Positions 28,016 through 41,084 of a stretch of DNA of 64,000 bases are shown here, in pieces. Each line of letters begins with the position of its first letter. Positions within the stretch are counted from its first letter, which is position 1. Both the position numbers and the translations under genes were made by a program. The notes below the pieces were generated by a model, which was given only the letters and a program-made list of their open reading frames with translations, was not told the origin of the DNA and ran no database searches. This DNA comes from Sphagnum compactum (Eukaryota): positions 7,864,213 to 7,928,212 of the forward strand of contig OZ234493.1 in the NCBI GenBank assembly GCA_965153455.1, read 5' to 3'.

Positions 28016-30929
28016 TATTGCTTTCACACAAGATAATTTTAAAGGTGATGATTATCGTCAATGAAAATATTACGAAAATCAATGCATTCAAGGTTGAATG
28101 GAATTTCAACACACTTTTGAAACAAGTTGGCAATATTTTTTTAATTGATAAATCTCAATAACCCAGCTTAAATGACAATGTAATACCTTCACCTACCATT
28201 AATGAATCGTACTAATTACCCCATATGTAATACATGCATCAATATTATGCCAAAACACACGTTGGACATGACACATGCAATATTTGAATATAAGTGAATT
28301 CTAAATTGGGAAAACATATATGTATGCAAATATTACATAATTGGTTAATACAACAATGGAAGTTCAGGACCCATATGCATGTATTACATAATCGGCTAAA
28401 AGAACCAATGAAGAATTTGGGAATGTGATGTGGCATGGTGGCAATGTTGCAAAATGTAAAATTTTATGGATGCAAATATTGCATGGTTGGCCAAAAAAAC
28501 CAATGAAAATTTTAGGAGGTTGATGTGGGTATTATAGAGCAAAACATTATAAAATGCAATATGAAATATTGATATGAAAATATTGCATGTCCAAACAAAC
28601 ATTATGTTTATTGTTAATGTTTGATATTATTTGTCTAACTAACACAACAAATTTTGAATTTGGAAAGAGGAAATATTTACATGAATTAATGTAAAATTTG
28701 ACGTAAACTTGAAATTCAAAAATCCATTAGGATCTTTTACAAACCATTCACATGTCATTGGTTGCTAAAATACCAAATGGCATAATCTAACATTTAGTTT
28801 TTTATGTACACATAAACTACATGCAAAATGCACCAAACCATAAAAACTATGTTCCAAAAAATGCAACTCAACAAACCCATGTTAAACCCATGACGACATG
28901 TAACTCCCTCTCCATAGAAAATCCCTTTCTATTGCTAACCTCCTCATCCATAATGTCACAAACTTGGTGGTAAACTATAACTACTTTAGTCACATTTGTA
29001 ATATGGTGATATGTGCACAATTGTTGCTGCTAGATGTGAAAATGAATTATGTTGACCACAAACTCATCTTTGGTGGTTTTGCAAAATCGAATTCACAAAT
29101 ACAAATATGCATTACTAAATAAAGGTTTCAAGCTTCTATTAGTAAATAAAATAAAATAAAATAAAAGATAACCCACAAACATAATATATATAAACAAAAA
29201 AGAACACACAAACTCAAAAAAATCAAAACCAAAGTAAAGGACATAATTTTAAAAAAAATTAAAATGCACAAATAGGGGGTAAAAAAACCAAAAAACAAAC
29301 AAACAAAAAAAAAAAAAAGTTTTGAATTTTTTTTATTAAAAACAAAACAAAACAAAACAAGAGAAAACCAAAAGAAAAATTTAAAAACAATGCAAGGAAC
29401 AAACCCAAACAAAACAAAACAAAAAAATAAAAAATCTCACTTGAAAAGCTATTGAACTTCATTGCATTTTTGTAACAAGTCTTGTTGTTGAAACCCATCT
29501 CCACATTGCATTGGATTTTGTTTCAAACCAAAGTTCCCAATCTGTTACAACAAATTACAATCTTTCTCCAAACCTTTTCCCCATATGGGACACTAATAAG
29601 AAAAAAATAAAAAATACATTAGTAAAAATATATGGTGCAATATATTGGTTGTTGGGTTAAAATTATAAGTCAATTAGTTAAAAAATAGGGTACATTTTAT
29701 TCAAATAATCAATTTAATTAATATAAGGTATGTAATAATGTAAAATAATGGATTAATGTAAAATAATCAATTTAATTAATATATGATGGTTTTAATATGT
29801 ATATATTAGATAATTAGATAATATATAGGTTGGAAATTTATCTAATAAACCCCCCTAAAAATGGTCATTTGACACATGTAAATCCAAAACTTTACATTAA
29901 ATGTCCCCCCAAGACCCTTTCTTGTTCCAAACTAAAGTTCCAAACACATACTCCTCAAACCTTTTTCTTATTCCAACTAGAAGTCTCAACACACATGAAA
30001 GAGAAAAGAAAAAAATAAGGAGAAAGAAAAAAAAAAACAAGAAAAATAAGGAGGAAGAAAAAAAAAGGATTAAAAAAAAAAAAAAACAACCAAGGAGAAA
30101 AAGAAGAAAAAACAACCAAGAATAAAAACGAGAAAGGGGAAATAGGTTTGTGAGGGCAGGAAAATAAAAGAGGGCAATGAAAAAGTGGGGAATTTTTTAA
30201 AAATAAAGCTTCATCCACCCAATAAAACCCACAACAGGTTATGTTGGATTAATGCGTTGGTGGGTGCTAAATCATTCCAACCTTATGTGTTGACATCTAA
30301 ACCATTATTAGAACATACATTTTAGAATGGTGCATTACAAGATTGTAGTTTGCCAACTTGGAATATTACAAAAATAATAATATCCCAACTCAAAGAATTA
30401 TACATAAGGAAGTGCCAAAATAATTCACAACACCTAATCACTTACGAGAAAATGTGCCCTAGCATAAAGGCCCTTTCAATAAAAAAACAATATGACCCCA
30501 AAGTTTTGCAAACCCCAAATTTTTTGTTGTTGCCCTACAACACATATCTAAAACCCAAACTATATTCACCTATGTTATGTTTTCATTTTTCTAGCAAGTC
30601 CAAAACCCAATGGCTTTGGAACCTAAAGCTTACATTGCTCAAATTTTTATTAAGGAAGATTACAACTTATAACATGGTAATTTCATTACATTGTAGTTGA
30701 CTAATGACATATTGCAAAGATTTGAGGGAGTTAATCATTGCACAATGAAAAAACAAAGGATAAAATTTCCACAAACTTACGAATCCAAAATGTTTATAAA
30801 CTTCATATCCATCATTATAGTTCATCAACATTGAAATAACTAACTACATTCAACATAGTATCATTTTCATCAACAATTCTTGCCTCTTTTGTGAATAATT
30901 CATCAATGGATTGCCCTTCTTAATCCATG

Positions 30930-33000
30930 CATCAACTTACCAATTTTTCATAATCATGACGAATTTGTTAAGGTTATCAACTCCTAATTTACAAGGTCAC
31001 ATGCTTGTTAACGTTCAAGTTATATTAAAGATTATTTTAGACTCAATCTAAGACCTAGGACTCTAAAAAATCTATCAAGCAACAGAAAATTTGTTTGGAA
31101 TCTATATTTTATGGGATTTCCAATAGGTTGGGGGTAATAAACAATCTTTAGGTTTCACATGGAAATGTTGAAATAAAAACAACCTGTTTTTTAACAACCC
31201 ACACAAAGTAGCCTCATTTGATGTCATTATTCCAAAAACATATTCATCATCATCAACCATAAGTGGTTCAATAGGGCCAACAATGCTAGGATTTTGGAAT
31301 TGAAAATCAACCATTAGTAGTGGCATCAAAGTCTTGTTGTCAGATTCCACCACTATACGATCATTTTTGCCTTCCCTACAAATATTTTCACCACATCAAG
31401 AGATTTATAGTGCAAATCCAACATCAATGCCAACATGTTATGAGCCTTGCTAACATTGTAAGTGGATGAAAATGACAAAAATGGAACCAAGATTGCAATG
31501 ACTTTTGCCATCATACACATGTGCACAATGCTTGCAATTCAGAATCAAACTTTCCCTTCACAAAATCAGTGGGGTTGGTCTCAAATTGTTCAATTTCACT
31601 TTGCAAACACACACTCATTGAAAATGTAGCACTTAAGGCATCAAAGACTAACCAATAACCTCAAGTTTGGTTTTAAATATATTGGTTTACAATGGGAAAC
31701 ATAGTTTCACAAATTGTTTTAAAAATTGTCCATGTTTGGGCATCTAACACACGACCATGTAACTCTAAAGTTTCTTGCTTCCCATAACAAAACTTAATGG
31801 CATCCCAATATTCTAGGGCTTTTTGGAAGAGAATCACCTTATTATTAGCAAACATAATTTTCAATGAGGGTTCAATTTTTTATGGTTGAGATTTGCATCA
31901 AGGCATGCCTTTTTCCATTCATTATGTCATTTGCAAGACTTTTTAATCTAGGTACTTGCTTTCTGTATGGAAGTTCAAATGGCATTCAAATTGACCTCTC
32001 CAAAACCAAGGCGTACATTTGCATCATTGCAAACATATTGACATGTTTTGTTGAAAGTGTGGCCAAAGCAAGACCCTTGCCAAGGAGCTACAAGTCCCAA
32101 AGGATTATATCTAACCACATAATTGAAAGCTTATGCAAAGGTGGACAAATTGCCACCCTCATTCTTCACAGGTGCAATCAATCTGTCCAACAAATTGCAA
32201 GATGACATTAGATATTTCACCTACATTGCCATTGTAACTTCAACCATGTTAGTGGTTTCAAACAATCTTGTTGTCACATGGCAAGGTACCCATTGTGAGT
32301 TAATGAAATTCATCACAAGTGTAAATGTGTCATGTCCAACTCTAAACATCCACAAATCACAAGAAACATATTCTAGACAAAAGAATCCAAAGTCGTCACA
32401 TATTGTTCCATGGTTTTGACCACCAATGAAGGGATGGCATGTCAAACCATTTGTTTCTAGTTGGAAACACAACTCATGGATTTTGATCCATGACCAAACA
32501 CTTCAACCATTGATTTTTCACAATAGAAATAAGCATATAGCCTTTAGCAACAAAGAATAAATCTTCCACAAACTTCTTTATTGTGCATCCTCCTTCTTGT
32601 AAGAATTAATACTCCCAAAATGGTATGTGATGGCCCCATACCCAACATTGATTTTGGACTTGGATTTTCCTCAATGTTGCTCTTTTGTTGCAACAAATAT
32701 ATTGGAACTCTTCTATCATGCCAAGTGGCTAGAGGCTTAAACAATTTATTTTTCTTCATAGAGATAATCCCATGCTATTGGTTATATGTGAATCACATTT
32801 TTTTGTTTCTTAATGGTATTGTTAGAACTATGCATATGGGGGACATAATGAGAATTCACACAACGCATGTTTTGAACGTTAATAGGATTTGGCTTATTGT
32901 TGTTGTTAACCACCAAAAAATGCCAAGGTAGAAAAACATGTGTTGAAAGATCCATGACTTAAAATTCAAGGTCATTTGAGTTTTAAATAACTCCTATGCA
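30930..33000 (-). mobile_element. Degenerate hAT transposase
   Basis: SCDLWMFRVGHDTFTLVMNFINSQWVPCHVTTRLFE contains the first catalytic D-x-W region (32221..32472). KVILFQKALEYWDAIKFCYG is at 31673..31864. A dimerisation-domain relic reads ..YWKSH..CKLGVDNLNKFVMIMKNW (~30940..31130). The element ends are uncertain, possibly ~25790 and ~34370, where TACCC-rich sub-terminal sequence occurs. Confidence 0.8.
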
Positions 33001-33279
33001 ACTTCTATTTCCAAGTCCAAGGCGCTTGGTGTTACAATGCTTTCAAAAATAGAGGGCATGCTAGGTGTTGAACTGAATCAACCATTGGCCTTGAATCCTT
33101 AACTAACCCCATATCCAAATCACCAACACAATCATAATCATTATCTTGCAAAAGGTCATCATTCAAATTAAATGCATTAATATTTGCCATTTACACTTTG
33201 AGCTTATGGGGGAAAAAAATAGAACTTTAGAAGTTAAATGAATTCAAATATTATAGAACAAAACTAGAACTGGATTATG

Positions 33280-33667
33280 GTTTTTGGGAAATTGTTGTTG
33301 ATGGTAAGTACAAACATATCCTTAATTGGGATAATGGGCCAACCTAACACACTCAAGGCTTTTGCAACATTCTAGTGTAAAAAAAGGTCACCTCAAGGTC
33401 ATTATGAAGACATAAGAATTAAAACAATATAAGGAAAGGACAAGTGACACAAATGCATTCTAAAGATTACAATAGAATCTGGGTTTTGGGAAGTTGGTGA
33501 TTGCAAGCATGACAAATAGAATCCTAATTGGGATATCGAAACAACCTAACCCACTAAAAGCTTCTACAACACTCTAATGTAAAAAACAATCACCTCAAGG
33601 TCAATCTAAAGACACAAGACTTGAAACAATCTAAGGAAGGGACAAGGAACACATATGCACTTTAAAG
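33280..33667. repeat. ~200-bp diverged tandem duplication upstream of the hAT transposase
   Basis: The pattern ttttgggaa..taattgggata..aacctaac..cacctcaaggtca..ggacaag occurs twice. Confidence 0.75.
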
Positions 33668-35257
33668 CATAATTTTGTTAAGGATTCTATGATTTTGCAA
33701 CATTCTAATGTAGAAAACAATAAACTCAAAACTCAAGATAGAAACAACAAGCAACAATAACCTTCAAACACTCATATGCACCTCAAAACTCAAGACAAAA
33801 GCAATAAGCAACAAGATGTGTACATTCATTTTACAACAAAAGAAAGGACCTTATTCCACTTTCCTATGGAATTTTATTTAGCTCTAAAAGATAGAGGATT
33901 GAGAACACAATTAAAGCAAACAAATCCCCATGCAACTTTTCCCCACTCTAGCTCCAAATTTGTCTTTTCTCCTTCCACTCCTTGAGTTGACACTCACAAT
34001 GACATTCAAAGGATAAAAATGACAACCATTGAAGAGCTAGCACCCTTGAGAAGATCTATCCTTATTCACTAACAAGCCCAATGTTGTTGAAAGCCAAGAG
34101 GGAGCCCTTAGAGTGTGAGCGAAATCAATGTAGGGTTTTAAGTATTAGGTTACCTAGACGGATGAAATGGTTTAAATGAAAAATGGATGAAAATGAAATG
34201 AATAAGCGACTTGGGTATAATTTAGTTGTCCCACCAAGGATATATAGGTAGGGTGTTATTTTTTTGAAAGTAATACCCGGAAAGCAGGGTATGTGTGGGT
34301 ATCAAAATTTCTGATACTTGGCCAGGTAGGCTCATGCCTCATCATGCCAATGTATTAACAATACCCAGATCTGGCAGGTAGGTTATACAGTACCTGGAAC
34401 TAGACCGAGGCTGATAATCGGGTCAAAAAGCAACAACCAGCCAACTCCGAACTGAACCCAAGTTCCTCCTTAATCACTTAATGGATATCTCTGGTATATA
34501 AATAACAAATAATAATTTAGAATTTCATTTTCTTCTTGTGCAATTATTGGTTTAGTTGCAAATTTAGTGTTTGTTAATAATATATAAGCTTTTAGTTATA
34601 TTATGAAACAAGGTAAATTTGAACTGTAAATTATAATTAAATCTAAAATAAAATTTTGCAAACATCATAAAATATTGCACCTAAGTTTTATTTAGGAACC
34701 CTTCATTCAAATGGCAGCAGAGTAAAACTGAAAACCAGCTCTTCTTCCTCAGAAAGATGGTCCCTGGCCATGCACATCTTAAACCTGGATCTTTCTCCAT
34801 TGAAAGAAAGAATTGCCCTGAACAGGAAGCAAAACCAGAACAGAAGAACAATCTGAGCTAAGTGAGCTAAGTACCAAGGGCTTGCTTTTTTGAATTGCTG
34901 TTTAACAAGCTCTGGGTATGTATGCGCCAGATTTATGAAGAATTTGCACTAAATGTCATCATGTCTGGCACTAATATCACTGGATTTGAATGGCACTAGC
35001 TGAGCCCAAGCAGTTAATTTTTTAAAAGCTTTTTTGTCTTTAGTAGACTAGCTTCCATATCAATAAGCTGCCATTGAAAAACAAGATTATCATTCAAAAA
35101 TCCCAACTGACAAGCTTTCAGTGAAGACATTATGATACCCATCATAAGGGGGATTAGAATTTAGGACTTATATAATTACTAAGTACATCTCAGAGTCCTT
35201 TTGCATTATGTAGCAGGAGTGAAGACCATAGGAATTAGAGTTTAACAATTTCTTGAA

Positions 35258-35507
35258 CTGGATCCCAGACCTAATCAACTGAGCTGGATCCCAGACCTCA
35301 TTAACTGATCTCTTAATTAAGTGATCTGGATCCCACATCTAACTCATGGATCTGGATCCCATACCTAATTAATTGATGGGGATCCCAGACCTAATTAAGT
35401 GATCTGGATCCCAGACCTAATTAATTGATCAGGATCCCAGACCCAATTAATTGATCTGGATCCCAGACCTAATTAATTGATCTGGATCCCAGACCTAATT
35501 AATAGAT
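35258..35507. repeat. 26-bp minisatellite, ~9 copies
   Basis: The unit CTGGATCCCAGACCTAATTAATTGAT repeats head to tail without spacers. Confidence 0.92.
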
Positions 35508-35654
35508 AACTTCCCACCCTTTTTTCCCTTGGAATTCCCAACATTTCAAATTTCAGTCAGCATTTATACTTGTTACACTATAATACAACTTATTACAAGC
35601 CTTCGTCAAGCTTGCATGCATGATGGATCATAGCTTGATAGACCATTCATGGTT

Positions 35655-35690
<36 letters not shown>

Positions 35691-38600
35691 AGCAATCCAA
35701 TGCAAAACAGGATATTATTCACTCTGAGTTGCACAATCAATGATCCTCTCTGGGTGGTGTGGGGGGACCTAATATCTTTTCCCACCTGCTTGATACAAGG
35801 GGTCCAGTTATGAAAACTATTCACAAAAAGTTCCAAGCTTCTTATCCTTGTCCATAGGACTATTCCAAAAATGACCTTGGCTCTCTTGACTCAAGCCTAG
35901 GGGTCTGTCTTCAAGAGATAGTTCTATACCATGGGTTTTTAGGGCATTGGCAAAAAAGACTCTTTTTTTTTTTTTTTTCAATTCCATATGCAGGTCCAAG
36001 AAAACAAAAGGTGGGAGGAGGAAGGGGATGAGCCGAAACTAAATATTAAAACATTGTCTGCAAATTTCTATGAGTTTGGAAGTTGAAAACAAATTGGGTG
36101 GAGAAGTGGTATGTAAGGCCCTCAGACGGGCATGTCGAGACTGCCCTCAGCTGCCTCCAGTGGGTCCCTTATACTGGTAAAGTGCTTGTCCAAGGGCCTT
36201 ACCGTGTGTGTAAGGACTAATCACCACCCAGAAATGCACAAAGAAAAACTGATGGGCCCTTATGAAAATGTAAGAGCCCACCTAGAAACATAAGATGACC
36301 TCCTTTGTTGCCTTAACCTTACATTGCATTTATTTAACTTAAAATATGGATACTCTTTTTTTTGGGTACTTTGCATACAAGTTCCCTAAATTGTAATTCA
36401 GTAGTGTTCAAATTTATTATTAAAATAACAATTCCCTTCTAGATTTGGTACACTTCAAAGTAAGGATATCTTGTTGCGTAATAATCCTAATTGCAAATAG
36501 CTGTAACTCGTATGAGGCCACTTTCATTTTTAAAGTTTAAATGTCATCGCTTCTGACCAATGTAACAACAAATTTCAAGCATTTGTGGAGTTTCTAGTTC
36601 TTAACAAAATCATCTTGAAAGAGCTAAAACGCACATTAACTTTTATCTAAGTTTTTAAAGTTTTGTTTTTGTTTTCAAGTGAAGTTCATAAGCATTCTAG
36701 TGAAGCATTAATTGGCACTAGAACCCAAAGTTCAAGAAGGAAGATTGAGAGGAAGAGTTTGATTAAACTATATATATATATATAATGAAAAAATTAATTC
36801 TTTTGTTGGGTTCAACAATTATTAGTCCTACAAGTTACAAGGTATTTCAATAAAAGTTTGTTTTCACATATTACACCATTTTTCATGAAACCAAACTTGA
36901 CATTTACACTCACATTCTACACAAGCATTCTATACTTGAACTTAATGTGGGACAATTTTAGATTTTGCAATCTCATTTTCTTTGAAGCACATAGTACTAG
37001 TGTAAATGCTTGATCATCCAAATATACCACCTATACATTCGATATGCAAAATCTACATCCATGCAAATTAGAGCCCACAAACAATAGTTGTAATTGGTAG
37101 GTAATGCAACAAAGGGTTATAGATATGAAAAAGCAAAAGGGCCATACTTTTATATTATACCCTTGCTTCAGAGAATATTTTGTTAGCCAATGGTAGATTC
37201 TATTAGCATGGGGCAATTTTTTTTCTTGGAGCCCTTGATTTCAAAGTCCATACTAGAGGGTTTTTGATTTTGCTCATGGGATTTTTATTCTAAGCAAGGG
37301 TAGGAGTTCCATATTTTATATTTCATGGTCTACCCATTTCATTGGGAACTTTGCATAGGAACAAATGGAATTGGAAAAGTATGGCCACATGAATGCATGT
37401 TCACAATGGAAATTTGTTTGTGTTCACATGGAAATTTTGTGTGTGAACACATATTCTTTCCATTTCCATGTGTTCCCTTGCAAAGTTCCCAAGAAAATAG
37501 GCAGATTATGAAAGTTAAAATCCAATTCATATACATGTGTATATGGTCAATATAGAATTATAGCTTGCATGGACCATTGAGCCCGCACTTATCTACCATG
37601 TGCCCAACTTGCACAAGGTCCAAACCTGAATAAAAAAGCCCATTGCTCAGAATAAAAAACCCCTTGCTCAAAATCATAAACCCCATGCTTGGAATCTACC
37701 CTAGACTAATGAAATAATCCAAATAGTCCTAAATAAATTTTGTTTCATTAGCAGTCTCTTTTCTACATAAACATATATATATATATATATATATATTAAG
37801 AACTTCTTTAAGTTTCATTTTGAGGTCATTAAGCATTCCATTGAAATTATGGTAAATTGAACATAAAGTTTATGAAAAAAAATTATATTTAAAAATGGAA
37901 GAAAAGAATGTTTTGAATTGAGAATTTTTTTTCAAAATTTCTAAAATATTTTTAGACAAAAACTTTGATAGATTATGATTATAATATGAAAAGTTTAGAA
38001 TATGATAATTTCAATTAAATTCTTTCATGTACTTGTAATCTTATTTTGCAAAATTGTGACATATATTTTCATATATTTTATTTCAAAATATATATATTAA
38101 AACATGTGATTTTTCAATATTATGCAATAAAATCAAAAAATTCCTCTTATTGATTATTGAAATAAATATTATTCATAATTCAATATATTAAGGCTTACTT
38201 TATGGATTCCCCTTGCCAAAAGTCTATGAACAACATAATTTACCAAGCTTATGCCTAACAAATATATATTAAAAGTATGGCCCTTTTGCTATTCCATACA
38301 CAAAACCTTTTAAACCTTGTTAGTATACAAATAGATACTATAGGATTAGTGTGAAAAAAAATACAAATATACAAGAATTTGAAGCCTTTTAACACATGCT
38401 TCTATGGTTTCATTCAGGTTGCACAAACCTTAACAATATTGTATATTATTTCAACCTTGCAACCTTTTCTTCTCCTCATTTGAAAGACCATGTTCTGGCA
38501 CATTACTTGTGTTGTTAGTTAGGACAAGGGTGGGTGGGTGATAAGGCAGGCAACCTTTACACTCTAATAACTGGATTGGAATGAGGTCTGAAGGAAAGAG

Positions 38601-39664
38601 CATGACTTCATTTAGGGTTTAGGATTCCTATTTCAGAATCCAATGGTCCATGTGGTATCCATGTTTCTGACCCCAAAGGGCACTTGATTTCTTCAGGCCA
38701 GAATTGACCCTCTATTTGCATGTCCAAATGTTGAAGGTTGAGTACCTTCTGTGAATCAAAATGAACTGGTGGGTAACCAAGTGATGCAACCAGTTTGACT
38801 ATATTCTCATGTTTATGAAAACCATTTTGGAGTGTCATACAAGGACATTATTTGGGCACAAGAACTTAAATTAGCCTCTTACAGTGCAACATAAAGTGCC
38901 ATTCAAAAATGTTCATACCATTGTGGGGGCGGGTCTTTGATTTTGTATTACCCACCAGTTCCAGGGTTTAAGAAAAAATCAAAGTGATTGAACTACTAGT
39001 TCCAAGTATGAAAAACATTCAGAATGAAAGAACCAACAAAAACTCGGCAATTTTTAGGCGGTTGTGAACCATACCGACATAGCCATGTTCGGTAGTATCA
39101 ATTTTTAAGAGTTGCATCAGGGATATTTGAATGTGGTAAAGTTATTAGGGGTTTTTAACAACTTCATGTTGGAATAGGGGATGATGAATGCGCATTGTTC
39201 TATGGGGGGGTTGTTTTCTTTTCTGAAATACGATATTGGTGAATAAGGTGTTGGGTTACTTCTTTTCTTCAACAAAGAGCTGGTAAATCATAGTTTTAGA
39301 ACCTTAGTGGCGTAATTAGGGGTGAGAAATCTCTAGAGGGTTGGGGGTAAAAGCAGACACCAAAAATCGTGGTGTGCAACAAAACTTTGGTCTTGTTCTA
39401 ATATTTATTGAGTAGCAAGGATGTTTGAGATTCATGAAGCAAGTGAGGGGGTGTCAATGAAAGGTCCAACAGAGATAAAACAATCTTCAAACCTTATAAA
39501 CATAAAATTAAGTCGAAACAATTTAACGATTAAATAAACAAGGGGATAGGATGGCAATGGCAACATGAATTTCATAATGAATGAAACATTTATTTAGATT
39601 ATGGATGAGCTCAATAAGGAGCTGCAATTACATGTTGAGTCTTGGGCCATGCCATAATGATAGT

Positions 39665-40087
39665 TCATAACTGCAAAAAATCTAGGATGCGTCGAATGGT
39701 GTGAACTAGGTAGTCCGCTTTGCTATGAGGAGGTAGTCGGCGAATCGGATCGTGCAACCAACGATAGTGTCCAACGTTGGGAATTGAAGACCATGCGAAG
39801 ATGGAGGTGTCTTTAGTCTCATAACAACCTTCATAGACGGTTTCAAGTTCATCACCAAAAGCAGGGTTGACTTACAACAAAATCACCAGGGTGCGAGAGT
39901 TTGGAGAAATGCGATAATACCAAGCTCAAAAGGGTTCGACTGCAAGACGAGCGCACACCTCTCGTGGTTCGGGGTTTTCATCACGAGGATCTTGAGTCAA
40001 CATCAAATCTAAAGATGACTCCGGAGCCGGTTCTTCATTCACTTGTGTAGCTTGAAGTTCATAAAATGTGGCCATACGCAACGCCAT
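39665..40087 (-). pseudogene. Intronless 140-codon orphan ORF inside the solo-LTR-like element, with two premature stops
   Basis: One frame runs from ATG 40087 to TGA 39665..39667: MALRMATFYELQATQVNEEPAPESSLDLMLTQDPRDENPEPREVCARLAVEPF*AWYYRISPNSRTLVILL*VNPAFGDELETVYEGCYETKDTSIFAWSSIPNVGHYRWLHDPIRRLPPHSKADYLVHTIRRILDFLQL*. Minus-strand TATAAAT is at 40178..40184 and AATAAA at 39589..39594. Confidence 0.5.
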
Positions 40088-40335
40088 AATTTCAAGGAAA
40101 AGAGAAGAGATTTTCAATCAAAATCAAATCGACAATGAATGTGTGGAGGACTTGTGACATTGAGATGTGCGGTCGTAATTTATAAGTCAAAGAAAAGGGA
40201 GGAAATGCGTAAGTAACGGCCTAAAACCATGGTAAAGTAAAAGCTTAAGATCAAAGGAAAAAATGAATTTTTAAGTAAAATTTGTTGGGGGGAAAGTGAA
40301 AATAGGTAAAAAGGTGTTTCTCATTCTCCTTCCAA

Positions 40336-40454
40336 AGGCCACCAAACAATGGAACCTTCCATTGGCCACCAAGCATTGGAACCTTTCAAGGGCCACCAAA
40401 CAATGGAACCTTCTAAGGGCCACCAAGCAATGGAACCTTCCATTGGCCACCAAG
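40336..40454. repeat. 27-bp minisatellite, ~4.5 copies
   Basis: The unit GGCCACCAA(A/G)CA(A/T)TGGAACCTT... repeats head to tail. Confidence 0.9.
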
Positions 40455-40721
40455 TTGGGATTTCCTTCACCTCCTTCCTTCTCCTTCTCTTTAAAGGGAT
40501 GAATTCGGATCATTTGGAACGTTTTTTTTTCGGAGGATAATTTTCGATTCAAATCTTGAAAATACTTGTTCCCATAACCTTCTTGAGAAGGAAAAGAATG
40601 ATTAGGCTTAGTAGATGGTGAAAAGAATGAAAGTAGAATGACGTTTGAAGTAGTTTTGAAAGAATGGAAAATGAGTAGGCATAGTGTTAGGAGCTTAAAA
40701 TCTTAGAGAATTTTCACAAAC

Positions 40722-41084
40722 CTTCTCAGGTTTAGTAGCATAACTTCTTGCTGGTTTAGCTGCAGATCTTAGGATTTGGTAGGAAGGTGCGCCTTATAGT
40801 TAACTTTCTAATGAACTAAGGCAAGCCAGATTTGAATAACATATGTGTTAGGAATAATATTTCAAGTGACCGGTGGTCTAGAGCCAAGTTGAACTTTTTA
40901 CTTTCATAAAACCCTCTCGGGTTTGGTAACATAACTTCTTGCTGGTTTAGCTGCAGAGCTTAGAATTTGGTACAAAGGTGCACCTTGTAGTTAGCTTTTT
41001 AATGAGCCTAAGCAAACTAGATTTGGATAATGTATGTGGTAGGAAAAAAATTTAAGTGATTGGAGGTCTACTGCCAAGTTGAAC
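40722..41084. repeat. Diverged tandem duplication with a period of ~190 bp, 2 copies
   Basis: The segment cataacttcttgctggtttagctgcaga...gccaagttgaac occurs at ~40739..40894 and ~40930..41084. Confidence 0.85.

Noticed and set aside
29128-30218. Lys-rich and Phe-rich ORFs
   Set aside because: They are translations of A-rich low-complexity tracts.
35258-35507. CRISPR-like appearance of regular 26-bp repeats
   Set aside because: The units are contiguous with no unique spacers, no cas genes are present and the context is eukaryotic. It is a minisatellite.
40271-40552. ORFs with ATKQWNL / FHCLVA repeats
   Set aside because: These are translations of the 27-bp tandem repeat, open in several frames on both strands, with no evidence of coding.
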